This document shows, in pieces, positions 55,674 through 64,000 of a stretch of 64,000 nucleotides of DNA. Numbering within the stretch: the stretch's first letter is position 1; each line of letters starts with the position of its first letter. Made by a program: the position numbers and the translations under genes. The notes beneath the pieces are model-generated. The model was not told the DNA's origin. It did not search any database and was given only the letters and a program-made list of their open reading frames with translations. This DNA is from an uncultured Desulfovibrionaceae bacterium (lineage in GTDB: Bacteria > Desulfobacterota > Desulfovibrionia > Desulfovibrionales > Desulfovibrionaceae): positions 2,196,350 through 2,260,349 of the forward strand of contig OW818696.1 of assembly GCA_942493355.1 (NCBI GenBank), given 5' to 3'.

Positions 55674-55697
55674 GCCCGCGCCCAGCGGGCTTTTTTT
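55674..55697 (+). terminator. rho-independent terminator after the EBP gene
   Basis: GCCCGC-GCCCA-GCGGGC followed by TTTTTTT (55691-55697). Confidence 0.65.
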
Positions 55698-55776
55698 GGG
55701 CCTGTCGCCCCCCCCACCAAGAAGGGAACTGGCGCGAACGGGGAACGGGCACGAGCGCGGAACGGGCGCGGGGCGC

Positions 55777-55807
55777 AAAAAAAGGGAGGGCGCGAACGCC
55801 CCCCCTT
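55777..55807 (-). terminator. rho-independent terminator after ppiD
   Basis: On the minus strand, GGGGGGGCG-TTCG-CGCCCTCCC followed by TTTTTTT. Confidence 0.6.
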
Positions 55808-55851
55808 GGTGGTGGATCTTTAATGGTGGTCGGCTGTGCCGGATACGGAGG

Positions 55852-57759
55852 CTAGTTGACCAGATCCTGGCGGACGACCTCGACCTTGGCCGTGGCGCGC
55901 AGGTTGGCCAGCAGGGCGTTGAACAGCTCCTGGCGGAAGGCCGCCGAGCCCTGGGAGGTCCAGAAGCGCTTCTCCTTTTCCCAGACTTCCTCCGGGGCGG
56001 GGATGCGCTCGTTCAGGCGGGCAAGGGCCACACCGGCGGGAACCTCGAAGGGGGTCTTGAGCCAGTTGTTGTCCGCGGCGGAGAAGATGCCCATGAGCAG
56101 CTGGGGGTTGCCCCCGGTTTGGGCGATGGCGGCCTGCCTGTCCAGGGGCGGGGTGGTCTTCAGTTCGGCCTTCAGGCTGGCCTGGGCCTGCTGGGTGGTG
56201 GCGGGGTCGATGAGCTTGGCGAGGACGGCCTGGGCCTTGTCCATGGCCAGCTTGCGGGCCTCCTGGGACTTCACCTCGGCCAGCACCTCGGCCTTGACCT
56301 TGTCCAGCGGCAGCACGGACTCGGCCTGGTCCTCGATCTTCTCGGCCAGCAGGTAGCCCTTGGAGGGCTCCATGGCCAGGGGGGTCTTGGCGCCAGCGCC
56401 CACGGCCAGGGCGAACAGGCTCTCCACGGCCTCCTTTTTGAGGCCAAAGGTGCGCTGCACCATGGCGGCGTCCATGAGCTCGCTCTTGCGGGTGGCCAGG
56501 TTCAGGTCCTTGGCGATTTTTTCCAGCTTCACGCCCGCGGCCATCTGGTCCAGGCTCTGGTCCAGAATCTCGTTCACCTTCTCATTGGCCTTTTCTTCGG
56601 CCAGGCGGCGCTTGATGTCGGCCTTGGCCGCCTCGAAGGGAACCTTGCCCGCCGGGCGGGAGGCCTCCAGCTTGATGATGTGCCATCCGTACTGGGTGCG
56701 CACGGGCTCGCTGACCTGCCCGGGCTTGAGCGCGAAGGCCGCGTCCTCAAAGGGCTTGACCATCATGCCGCGGGAGAACCAGGGCAGGTCGCCGCCGGTG
56801 GGGGCGGTGCCGGGGTCTTGGGAGAACTTTTTGGCAACGGCCTCGAAGGGGCCCTTCTTGGCCTGGGCCAGGATGTTCTTGATGTCGGCCTCGGCCTTGG
56901 CCTCCTGCTCCTTGGTGGCGGAGGGCGGCACCATCAGCAGGATGTGCCGGGCGTGCAGCTGCTCCGGGTGCAGGAAGCTGTCGGGGTTGCTCTCGTAGTG
57001 CTTCAGCACGGCCTCGTCACTCACGGTCTGCCCGGCGGCCAGCTCGGCCACGGTGATGGGCAGGAACTCCAGGCGCAGGCGGGCGGGAACCTTGAAGCGC
57101 TCCTTGTTGGACTCGTAGAAGGCGGCAAGCTGCTCGTCGGTGGGCTTCGCCTGGTCCAGGAAGTCCTTCACCGGGAAGATGACGTAGTCCATGCGCACGG
57201 TTTCCCGCGCCCACTGGAACAGCCCCTTGGCCTCCGGCTCGGTGAGCAGGGAGGAAACGGTGGTCATGGCCTGGAGCTTCTGCACCAGCTGGTTGCTTTT
57301 CAGCTCGGCCTCAAAGCGCTCCGGCGTGGTGTGGTTCTGCGCCAGGGCGTTCTTGTAGATGGCGCTGTCGAAAGTGTTCTGGGCGTTGTGGAAGGAGGGG
57401 ATGCTGCTGATGAGCGCGCGCAGCTCCGCCGGGGAAACCACAAGGCCCATCTTGTCAGCGGAGGCCAGCACCAGCTTGGTGTTCACCAGCTGGGCCAGGA
57501 TGCTCTGCTTGAACTGCGGGGTGTTCAGCTCCTCGGCGGTGAGGCCGGGGTTCTGGCGGCGCATGGCCGTGATGGTGTCCTCGTAGGCTTTCTGGAACTC
57601 CCGCGCGGAGATGGGGGCCCCGTCGACATAGGCCACGACCGGCTCCTTCTTGTCGGAGAGCCCGCCCAGGCCAAAGGAGAAAATAAAGACAACGATGATG
57701 ATGCCGAAGGCGATCTTGATGCCCCAGCTTTCTGCGTTCTGTCGTAATTGTTCTAGCAT
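55852..57759 (-). CDS. ppiD: periplasmic chaperone / peptidyl-prolyl isomerase PpiD
   Basis: N-terminal TM anchor (IKIAFGIIIVVFIFSF), SurA_N-like region, parvulin domain (ARHILL...GGDLPWFSRGMMVKPFEDAAF...QYGWHIIKL). Confidence 0.85.
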   Translation of the reverse strand: MLEQLRQNAESWGIKIAFGIIIVVFIFSFGLGGLSDKKEPVVAYVDGAPISAREFQKAYEDTITAMRRQNPGLTAEELNTPQFKQSILAQLVNTKLVLASADKMGLVVSPAELRALISSIPSFHNAQNTFDSAIYKNALAQNHTTPERFEAELKSNQLVQKLQAMTTVSSLLTEPEAKGLFQWARETVRMDYVIFPVKDFLDQAKPTDEQLAAFYESNKERFKVPARLRLEFLPITVAELAAGQTVSDEAVLKHYESNPDSFLHPEQLHARHILLMVPPSATKEQEAKAEADIKNILAQAKKGPFEAVAKKFSQDPGTAPTGGDLPWFSRGMMVKPFEDAAFALKPGQVSEPVRTQYGWHIIKLEASRPAGKVPFEAAKADIKRRLAEEKANEKVNEILDQSLDQMAAGVKLEKIAKDLNLATRKSELMDAAMVQRTFGLKKEAVESLFALAVGAGAKTPLAMEPSKGYLLAEKIEDQAESVLPLDKVKAEVLAEVKSQEARKLAMDKAQAVLAKLIDPATTQQAQASLKAELKTTPPLDRQAAIAQTGGNPQLLMGIFSAADNNWLKTPFEVPAGVALARLNERIPAPEEVWEKEKRFWTSQGSAAFRQELFNALLANLRATAKVEVVRQDLVN

Positions 57760-57802
57760 GCTGACTCCGGTGCTGATTGCGCTGTGGTGCTGCTCGCGGG
57801 CC

Positions 57803-59725
57803 CTAGGACAGGCGTACGGTGTTGAGCAGTCCGCCTGATTGGATAATCGTGAGCTCCTTGGCCGTCAAATCATTTGTCACGGCAACCTTGGCGGAACCGT
57901 TCACGATGATGTTGAGCGGCTTGCCCGGAGCGATCTTTCCGGCCGCGATGGTCAGGGTGTCCCCCTGGGCCAAGGTGTCGTAATCGCTCTTGTTCACAAG
58001 AATGAGCGGCAGAATGCCGAAGTTGACCAGGTTGGCGCGGTGGATGCGGGCAAGGCTTTTGACGATGACGGCCTTGACGCCCAGGTGGCGCGGGGCCAGC
58101 GCGGCGTGCTCGCGGCTGGAGCCCTGGCCGTAGTTCTCGCCGCCCAGGATGAACCCGCCGCCCAGGGCCTTGATGCGGCTGACGAAGTCCGGGTCCACCT
58201 TGGTGAACACGTGCTCGCTGATGGCCGGAATGTTGGACCGGAGCGCCATGATCTGCGCGCCAGCGGGCATGATGTGGTCGGTGGTGATGTTGTCGCCCAC
58301 CTTGAGGGCGATTTTGCCCTCCACGGTGTCGGTCATGTCGGTGAAGCGCTCCAGGGCCACGATGTTGGGCCCGCGCAGCACCTCCACCTTGGCGCCATCC
58401 TCCGGGGGGAAAACGAAGAGCTGGCGGATGCTGGGCACGCGCTTGGGCAGCTCAGCCTTCTTGGGCGGGGTTCCCCAGGTGGCGGGGTTGGTGAACTTGC
58501 CGTTCAGGGCGGCCTGGGCGGCGGTGAGCGGGCTCACCAGATACACCTGGGCGTCCTGGGTGCCGCTGCGGCCCTCGAAGTTGCGGTTGAAGGTGCGGGC
58601 GCACACGCCCTTGCTCACCGGGGAGCCGCCGATGCCGATGCACGGGCCGCAGGCGCATTCGAGGATACGCGCTCCGGCGTCCAGCAGCGGGTCGAGCAGG
58701 CCCTCGGCGGTGAGCAGCTTGAGCACCTGCTTGGAGCCGGGGGCGATGAGCAGGTCCGTGGCGGGGTTGATGCGCTTGCCCTTCAGCAGCTCCGCCGTGG
58801 CCTTGAGGTCGGTGTAGGAAGAGTTGGTGCAGGAGCCGATGGCGGCCTGGTCCACCTGCATGCCGTCCAGGTCGGCGATGCGCACCATGCGGTCGGGCAT
58901 GTGCGGGGCGGCGGCCAGGGGCTCGATGGCGCAGAGGTCGATCTCGACCTCCTCGTCGTAGGTGGCCTTCTTGTCCGCCGCCAGGGCAACGAAGTCTTCG
59001 GGCCGGCCCATGCGCGCCAGGAACTTCTTGGTCTGGGCGTCGCTGGGGAAAATGCTGGTGGTGGCGCCCAGTTCCGCGCCCATGTTGGTGATGGTGGCGC
59101 GCTCCGGCACGGTGAGGGTGGCCACGCCCGGACCGGTGAACTCCATGACCTTGCCCACGCCGCCCTTGACGGTGAGCAGGCCCAGCAGGTGCAGGATGAC
59201 GTCCTTGGCGCTGGCCCAGCCGGTGAGCGCACCGGTGAGGTTCACGCGGACCACCTTGGGCATGGGCAGCATGTAAGCCTCGCCCGCCATGGCCAGGGCC
59301 ACGGAAAGGCCGCCCGCGCCGATGGCCAGGCTGCCCACGCCGCCAGCGGTGGGGGTGTGGGAGTCGGAGCCGATGAGGGTTTTGCCGGGCTGGGCGAAGT
59401 TTTCCAGGTGCAGCTGGTGGCAAATGCCGGTGCCCGCCGGGGAAAACACGATGCCGTACTTGGCGGCGATGGTGCGCAGGTAGCGGTGGTCGTCCGGGTT
59501 GCGGAAGCCCGTCTGCAGGGTGTTGTGGTCAACGTAGCTCACGGAGAGTTCGGCGCGCACGCGGGGGATGCCGATGGCCTCGAACTGGAGGCAGGCCATG
59601 GTGCCGGTGGCGTCCTGGGTGAGCGTCTGGTCGATCTTGAGTCCTATCTCGCTGCCGGGGGTCATCTTCCCGGTGATGAGGTGCTGGGCGATGATCTTCT
59701 GCGTCAGGTTGCGGGCCTTGGCCAT
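57803..59725 (-). CDS. aconitate hydratase (640-aa short form)
   Basis: IDQTLTQDATG, GSDSHT, CGPCIG, swivel domain with GGENYGQGSSREHAA. Confidence 0.92.
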   Translation of the reverse strand: MAKARNLTQKIIAQHLITGKMTPGSEIGLKIDQTLTQDATGTMACLQFEAIGIPRVRAELSVSYVDHNTLQTGFRNPDDHRYLRTIAAKYGIVFSPAGTGICHQLHLENFAQPGKTLIGSDSHTPTAGGVGSLAIGAGGLSVALAMAGEAYMLPMPKVVRVNLTGALTGWASAKDVILHLLGLLTVKGGVGKVMEFTGPGVATLTVPERATITNMGAELGATTSIFPSDAQTKKFLARMGRPEDFVALAADKKATYDEEVEIDLCAIEPLAAAPHMPDRMVRIADLDGMQVDQAAIGSCTNSSYTDLKATAELLKGKRINPATDLLIAPGSKQVLKLLTAEGLLDPLLDAGARILECACGPCIGIGGSPVSKGVCARTFNRNFEGRSGTQDAQVYLVSPLTAAQAALNGKFTNPATWGTPPKKAELPKRVPSIRQLFVFPPEDGAKVEVLRGPNIVALERFTDMTDTVEGKIALKVGDNITTDHIMPAGAQIMALRSNIPAISEHVFTKVDPDFVSRIKALGGGFILGGENYGQGSSREHAALAPRHLGVKAVIVKSLARIHRANLVNFGILPLILVNKSDYDTLAQGDTLTIAAGKIAPGKPLNIIVNGSAKVAVTNDLTAKELTIIQSGGLLNTVRLS

Positions 59726-59782
59726 GAAAAGCTCCTCCTCAAAGGGCGCACAAGCCCGTGCGCCGTGTTGATTCCAGATGAA

Positions 59783-60076
59783 CTACAGCGCCAGCTTGTC
59801 CGGGTCGCCATACATGGCGGACTCGTCTATGCCGAGGCGGATACGGTTGATTTTTTTGCGCTTGAATTCGATCTCCACATCCAGCCGGAGCTTGTCCTTC
59901 TGGAGGCGGTAGATCTCCGTGGCGTGGTACACGCCGTTGACGTGGTCCTCGGCGGCAATAAGCTCACGGACCCGGCGCACACATTCGTCGCGCTGGGCCG
60001 TGAACTCGGCCATTGCGGCCTCGCACTGGGCGATGAGCTCAGACTCGGACGCGTCGACGTTTGGGCTTTGCGTCAT
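59783..60076 (-). CDS. small helical protein (97 aa), unknown function
   Basis: ATG 60076 preceded by GGAGA at 9 nt. Overlaps the 3' end of the upstream gene by 38 nt. Host-like codons. Confidence 0.5.
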   Translation of the reverse strand: MTQSPNVDASESELIAQCEAAMAEFTAQRDECVRRVRELIAAEDHVNGVYHATEIYRLQKDKLRLDVEIEFKRKKINRIRLGIDESAMYGDPDKLAL

Positions 60077-61757
60077 CTATGGGGGTCTCCTTGGGCGCGG
60101 GGGGAATCTCGCGCACCTTGGGCAGGGCGTTGTAGCAGGCCCAGAACCTGGGCCAGAGGGCGGCCAGGCCGCCGGGGTTGTCGATGGAGATGCCCGGCAT
60201 GGGGAAGGACAATAGCGCCAGGGCCAGGGTCATGTGCGGGCTGGGGCTTGTCCAAACGCCGGTCCAGAGGAGAGGCCCGGCCGACCGGCCGGCGTCCTTG
60301 TCGGCGGGCAGCACCACGATGGCGCCGTCCTTGTCCTCGGTGGCGGCACCCAGGCGGTCCAGCAGCTCCTGGGCCACGGCGCGGTGCACGGTCTGACCGG
60401 CGGCGGGCAGCTGCACGGTGGCGCCACCGGCCTTTACGGCCAGGGCCAGGGCCAGGGGCAGCAGATCGGGGTCCGTGCCCATGCCAAGGGTGACGCCCGC
60501 GTACAGCGGGGCGCTGCGCAGCAGCACGGCGCTGGCGTCGTCGGTTTTCAGGGCCTCCACGGCCAGGCCGAGGGCGGCGAGGTCCGCGGCCAGTGCCTTG
60601 GGCGGCACGTAGGTGCCGGAGAGCTTGGCCACGCCGCCGGCAAAGGCGGGCAGGGCCAGCAGGTAGGCGGCCAGGGCGGTGTCGAGCGGGAGCTCCGGCG
60701 CGTAGGGCACCTTGGGCTTGCCAGCGGGCACGATGTATTCGTTGTCCTGGCGCTTGGCCTTGATGCCGCACAGGGCCAGGGCCTCCAGGGCCTCGTCCAG
60801 GGCCTTGGCCTGCATCAGGGCGGCGGCGGGATCGGCGCTGAGGGCCAGGCGCAGCCCCTCGGGGTAGCTCCAGGCGGCCAGGGCCAAAGCCTGGGCGAAC
60901 AGGGGCGGGGTGTCCGCCGCGAGTTCCACGCGGGCGGCCATGTCGCCGCCGGATTCCAGGCGCACGGGCAGGCCGCGGCTGCGGGGGTTCATGGAGGCCA
61001 GGCGCGCGCCCAGCTTGGGCAGCAGGGTCTCCAGGGGCCGCAGGTCGAGGAGCTTGAGCTCCGCGCCGCCCGCGAACTTGGAGCGTCCGGCCTCGCGCAG
61101 GGCGAAGGCGATGAGCGTATACAGGGTGAAGGGCTCATCGCCGCAGAAAATAAGGATGTCCTCAAAGCGCAGGGGGCCGAATTCGCCAGCCTCGCGCCCG
61201 GATTTGTGGGAGGCGTCGGGCTGGCTTTCCAGGCGGTCGTCGGTCCAGGAGAGGTGCGCGCCAGCCTGGTTGAGGCCCTTGACCAGCTCGATGAGCGGGT
61301 CGTTGAGCACCACGCCGGTGAGGCGCAGGTTCTGGCCCGTGGCGGCGGCCAGCACGGCCAGCATGCGCGTCAGCGCCAGGGAGCGCGGGCCGGAGATGTC
61401 GATATCGGCTGCCTCGGAGCGGGGAACCATGGTGAAGGGCTTGTCCGCGCTGCGGCGGCCCTCCGGGGTTTCCAGGCCGAAGCTGCCCAGCAGGGCGAAG
61501 AGCTGGCGCGCCATGCGCTGGTCCAGGTTCTGGGCGCGCGCTGCTTCCTCGAAGTTGGCCCAAAGGCGCTTCTCGGTTTCGCGGTCCAGCACCTGCCTGC
61601 CCTTGGCGGCGCGCTGCACCAGCTTGCTGCGGCGGGAAAGCATGTAGATCAGCTTGCCATCCATATCGAGGAGGTCCTCGAGGGGATTGGCGCGGGGGCG
61701 CTTGTCCTGGCCACGGTCGAATGTGATGGGTCGGTCGGTCATGGGTCGGTCTGTCAT
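60039..61757 (-). CDS. fusion of an AroQ-type chorismate-mutase-like domain and a divergent EPSP-synthase-fold domain
   Basis: Start MTDRPMTDRP at ATG 61757. CM-like LEDLLDMDGKLIYMLSRRSKLVQRAAKGRQVLDRETEKRLWANF. The remainder aligns by eye with the enolpyruvyl-transferase fold, but the canonical motifs are replaced (see findings). Confidence 0.7.
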   Translation of the reverse strand: MTDRPMTDRPITFDRGQDKRPRANPLEDLLDMDGKLIYMLSRRSKLVQRAAKGRQVLDRETEKRLWANFEEAARAQNLDQRMARQLFALLGSFGLETPEGRRSADKPFTMVPRSEAADIDISGPRSLALTRMLAVLAAATGQNLRLTGVVLNDPLIELVKGLNQAGAHLSWTDDRLESQPDASHKSGREAGEFGPLRFEDILIFCGDEPFTLYTLIAFALREAGRSKFAGGAELKLLDLRPLETLLPKLGARLASMNPRSRGLPVRLESGGDMAARVELAADTPPLFAQALALAAWSYPEGLRLALSADPAAALMQAKALDEALEALALCGIKAKRQDNEYIVPAGKPKVPYAPELPLDTALAAYLLALPAFAGGVAKLSGTYVPPKALAADLAALGLAVEALKTDDASAVLLRSAPLYAGVTLGMGTDPDLLPLALALAVKAGGATVQLPAAGQTVHRAVAQELLDRLGAATEDKDGAIVVLPADKDAGRSAGPLLWTGVWTSPSPHMTLALALLSFPMPGISIDNPGGLAALWPRFWACYNALPKVREIPPAPKETPIDDAKPKRRRVRV

Positions 61758-61903
61758 GGATACTTCTTTTATATGGAGTGTAAGAGGCGCACCATAGCCG
61801 GAAAACCTCCGGGCGGCAAGAGCGGTCGTGGAACGGATTATTGCGGGCAATGCAAGGGTTTTCTTGCCGAACAATCGACGGCGGCATAGGGGTTTTTGTG
61901 TAG

Positions 61904-61928
61904 TATTATCCAAAATATTTGGATAATA
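61904..61928. promoter_or_regulatory. perfect 11-bp inverted repeat (TATTATCCAAA-ATA-TTTGGATAATA), candidate operator upstream of the liv operon
   Basis: Read directly. Lies 77 nt upstream of the livG ATG, in the AT-rich divergent promoter region. Confidence 0.4.
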
Positions 61929-62004
61929 AGATTTGGTCTGACAAAATAAGCAAATCTTCGCGCTTGATTTTTTTTGCTATGCCTCTGTATACCATCTGCC
62001 ACTT

Positions 62005-62760
62005 ATGGCGACTCTCGAACTTTCCGACATCAGCGTCCGCTTCGGCGGCCTCCAGGCACTCACCGATGTCTCCTTCCGCGTGCGCGAGGGTGATATCGTT
62101 GGTCTTATCGGTCCCAACGGGGCGGGCAAGACCACCGTATTCAACGTTATTACCGGTGTGTACAGGTACTGCGCCGGGCAGGTGGCCTACGACGGAAACG
62201 TCCTGGCTGGCCGTCGGCCCCACCAGATCCTTGCCCTGGGCGTTGCCCGCACCTTCCAGAACATCCGCCTGTTCCAGAACATGACGGCCCTGGAAAACGT
62301 GATGGTGGCCCAGCACTGCCGCACCAAGGCCGGGGTTGTGGGCGCCGTGTTGCGCCTGCCCTCCCAAAAGCGGGAGGAGGGGCGCATACGCAAGCGCGCC
62401 ATGGAAGCCCTGGACTTCATGGGGCTTTCCGAGTTCGCGGGCGAGGTGGCCTCCAACATGGCCTATGGCTTGCAGCGCAGGCTGGAAATTGCCCGCGCCC
62501 TGGCAAGCGAGCCCAAGACCCTGCTGCTGGACGAGCCCGCCGCGGGCCTGAACCCGGCGGAAAGCCTGGACCTGATGAACACCATTGCGCGCATTAGCGG
62601 GCTTGGCATAAGCATTTTGATGGTGGAGCACGACATGAAGGTGGTCATGGGCATTTGCCGCCACATCGTGGTGCTGGATCATGGGGTGATGATCGCCGAG
62701 GGCAAGCCGGAGGAAATCCAGCGCGACCCCAAGGTGATCGAAGCATATCTTGGCCAATAA
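62005..62760 (+). CDS. livG: branched-chain amino acid ABC transporter ATP-binding protein
   Basis: [43 protein letters not shown]. Confidence 0.92.
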   Translation: MATLELSDISVRFGGLQALTDVSFRVREGDIVGLIGPNGAGKTTVFNVITGVYRYCAGQVAYDGNVLAGRRPHQILALGVARTFQNIRLFQNMTALENVMVAQHCRTKAGVVGAVLRLPSQKREEGRIRKRAMEALDFMGLSEFAGEVASNMAYGLQRRLEIARALASEPKTLLLDEPAAGLNPAESLDLMNTIARISGLGISILMVEHDMKVVMGICRHIVVLDHGVMIAEGKPEEIQRDPKVIEAYLGQ

Positions 62761-62786
62761 TCACTTATAAGAAGGGGGAAGTTCAG

Positions 62787-63953
62787 ATGAAACGTGCGCT
62801 TACTTTGATTTCCACGCTTCTTCTCGTTGCGTTCATGGCCTTTGGCTGTGGCGGCGAGAAGAAGGATGAGAAAAAGGCTGAGGCTCCCAAGGCCGGCATC
62901 AAAATCGGCACCCTGAGCCCCCTGACCGGCCAGTATGCCGCTGACGGCAACGACATCAAGAACGGCGTGCTTGCCGCCGTCGAGGTCATGAACGCCGAGA
63001 TGGGCCCCCTTGGCCCCGTCACCGTCCAGGCCGAGGACGACGCCTGCGATCCTCGCCAGGCCGTGGCCGCCGCCAACAAGCTCATCAGCGAGAAAGTCAC
63101 CGCCGTTGTGGGCGCCTACTGCTCCAGCGCCACCATCCCCGCTTCCGAGCCCCTCATGGCCGCCAAGATCCTCATGATCACCCCGGCCTCCACCAACGAG
63201 AAGGTCACCGAGAGCGGCCTGAAGTACATGTTCCGCACCTGCGGCCGTGACGACGACCAGAGCAAGGCCGCCGTGAAGTTCGCCGTGGAGCACCTGAAGG
63301 CCAAGACCATCTACCTGGTGGACGACAAGACCACCTACTCCCAGGGCCTGGCCGACAGCGTTGAGAAGCTGGCCCCCGGCGCCGGCATCAAGGTGCTGGG
63401 CCACGAGCACGTGAACCAGGGCGACAAGGACTACTCCGCGGTGCTCACCAAGGTGAAGGCCGCCAAGCCCGATGTCTTCTACGTCAGCCTGCAGAACAGC
63501 GCCTCCGCCGCGCCCATGCTCATCCAGGTTGCCCGCCTCGGCATCAAGACCAAGATCCTCGCCCAGGACGCCGTGTACCATCCGCAGCTGATGGAACTGG
63601 CCAAGGACGCCGCCGAGGGCGTGTACCTGACCTTTGGCTACACCGACAAGGAAACCCCGGCCTACAAGCAGTTCTATGACACCTACAAGGCCAAGTTCGG
63701 CGAGCCCGGCGCTTACTCCGCCTATGCCTACGACTCCGCCCTGGCCTACCTGAAGGCCGTGAAGGCCGCTGGCGGCACCGATGCCGACAAGGTCAACGCC
63801 GAGATGCGCAAGGTCGACTTCGCCGGCGCCTCCAAGCAGATCAAGTACAAGGAGAACGGCGATTCCGGCTCCAATTACGTGATCCAGGTTGTGAAGGGTG
63901 GCAAGTTCGAGAACTTCTGGAACCCCGAGAACGGCCAGCTGTTCAGCAAGTAA
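62787..63953 (+). CDS. branched-chain amino acid ABC transporter substrate-binding lipoprotein (LivK/LivJ-like)
   Basis: ATG 62787 preceded by AAGGGGGA. Lipobox AFGCGG. Type-I periplasmic binding fold segments (IKIGTLSPLTGQYA, VTAVVGAYCSS). Confidence 0.9.
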   Translation: MKRALTLISTLLLVAFMAFGCGGEKKDEKKAEAPKAGIKIGTLSPLTGQYAADGNDIKNGVLAAVEVMNAEMGPLGPVTVQAEDDACDPRQAVAAANKLISEKVTAVVGAYCSSATIPASEPLMAAKILMITPASTNEKVTESGLKYMFRTCGRDDDQSKAAVKFAVEHLKAKTIYLVDDKTTYSQGLADSVEKLAPGAGIKVLGHEHVNQGDKDYSAVLTKVKAAKPDVFYVSLQNSASAAPMLIQVARLGIKTKILAQDAVYHPQLMELAKDAAEGVYLTFGYTDKETPAYKQFYDTYKAKFGEPGAYSAYAYDSALAYLKAVKAAGGTDADKVNAEMRKVDFAGASKQIKYKENGDSGSNYVIQVVKGGKFENFWNPENGQLFSK

Positions 63954-63978
63954 TCCCAAGTCCAAGAGAACACACGGC

Positions 63979-63998
63979 AGGGGCCCTTCGGGGCCCCT
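63979..63998 (+). terminator. GC hairpin after the binding-protein gene (terminator or attenuator; any T-tract would lie outside the window)
   Basis: AGGGGCCC-TTCG-GGGCCCCT. Confidence 0.35.
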
Positions 63999-64000
63999 CG

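Overview
Very GC-rich chromosomal segment. Its gene content looks like the core genome of a Desulfovibrio-like sulfate-reducing deltaproteobacterium (the taxon is an inference). It carries three sigma-54 enhancer-binding proteins, two methyl-accepting chemotaxis proteins and an HD-GYP response regulator. It also carries a signal-less molybdopterin oxidoreductase module, lepA-lepB, comM, purU/purN, hemC, lon, radC-holA-lptE-leuS, nusB-ribH-ribBA, aconitase and the start of a liv ABC transporter operon. About 50 protein genes can be supported. I saw no rRNA, tRNA, CRISPR array, transposase or integrase. Many of the longest ORFs in the six-frame track are antisense shadow ORFs of the real genes, which is typical for high-GC DNA, and several real genes start well inside the listed ORF.

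The clear foreign body is a ~1.8-kb low-GC island (38733-40570). It consists of a single 588-aa gene that fuses an ABC-type ATPase to a Toprim/DUF4435-like nuclease domain (OLD-family or merged PARIS AriA-AriB-like). It is inserted 1 nt upstream of the acyP start codon in the acyP-lon transcription unit, and it is my top candidate for a defence-type system.

Other items worth a second look:
- A Psr/Phs-like molybdoenzyme without a Tat signal, paired with an FeS subunit and an atypical TauE/SafE membrane protein.
- Four helically phased palindromic repeats in a convergent intergenic region (716-803).
- Two small clusters of unknown-function secreted or Cys-rich proteins (24705-27390, and 28484-29940 co-transcribed with purU).
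- A chorismate-mutase domain fused to an EPSP-synthase-like fold that lacks the canonical motifs.
- A recurring pattern of short tandem duplications at gene termini that include the stop or start codon.

All functional calls come from motif recognition by eye. No database search was run.
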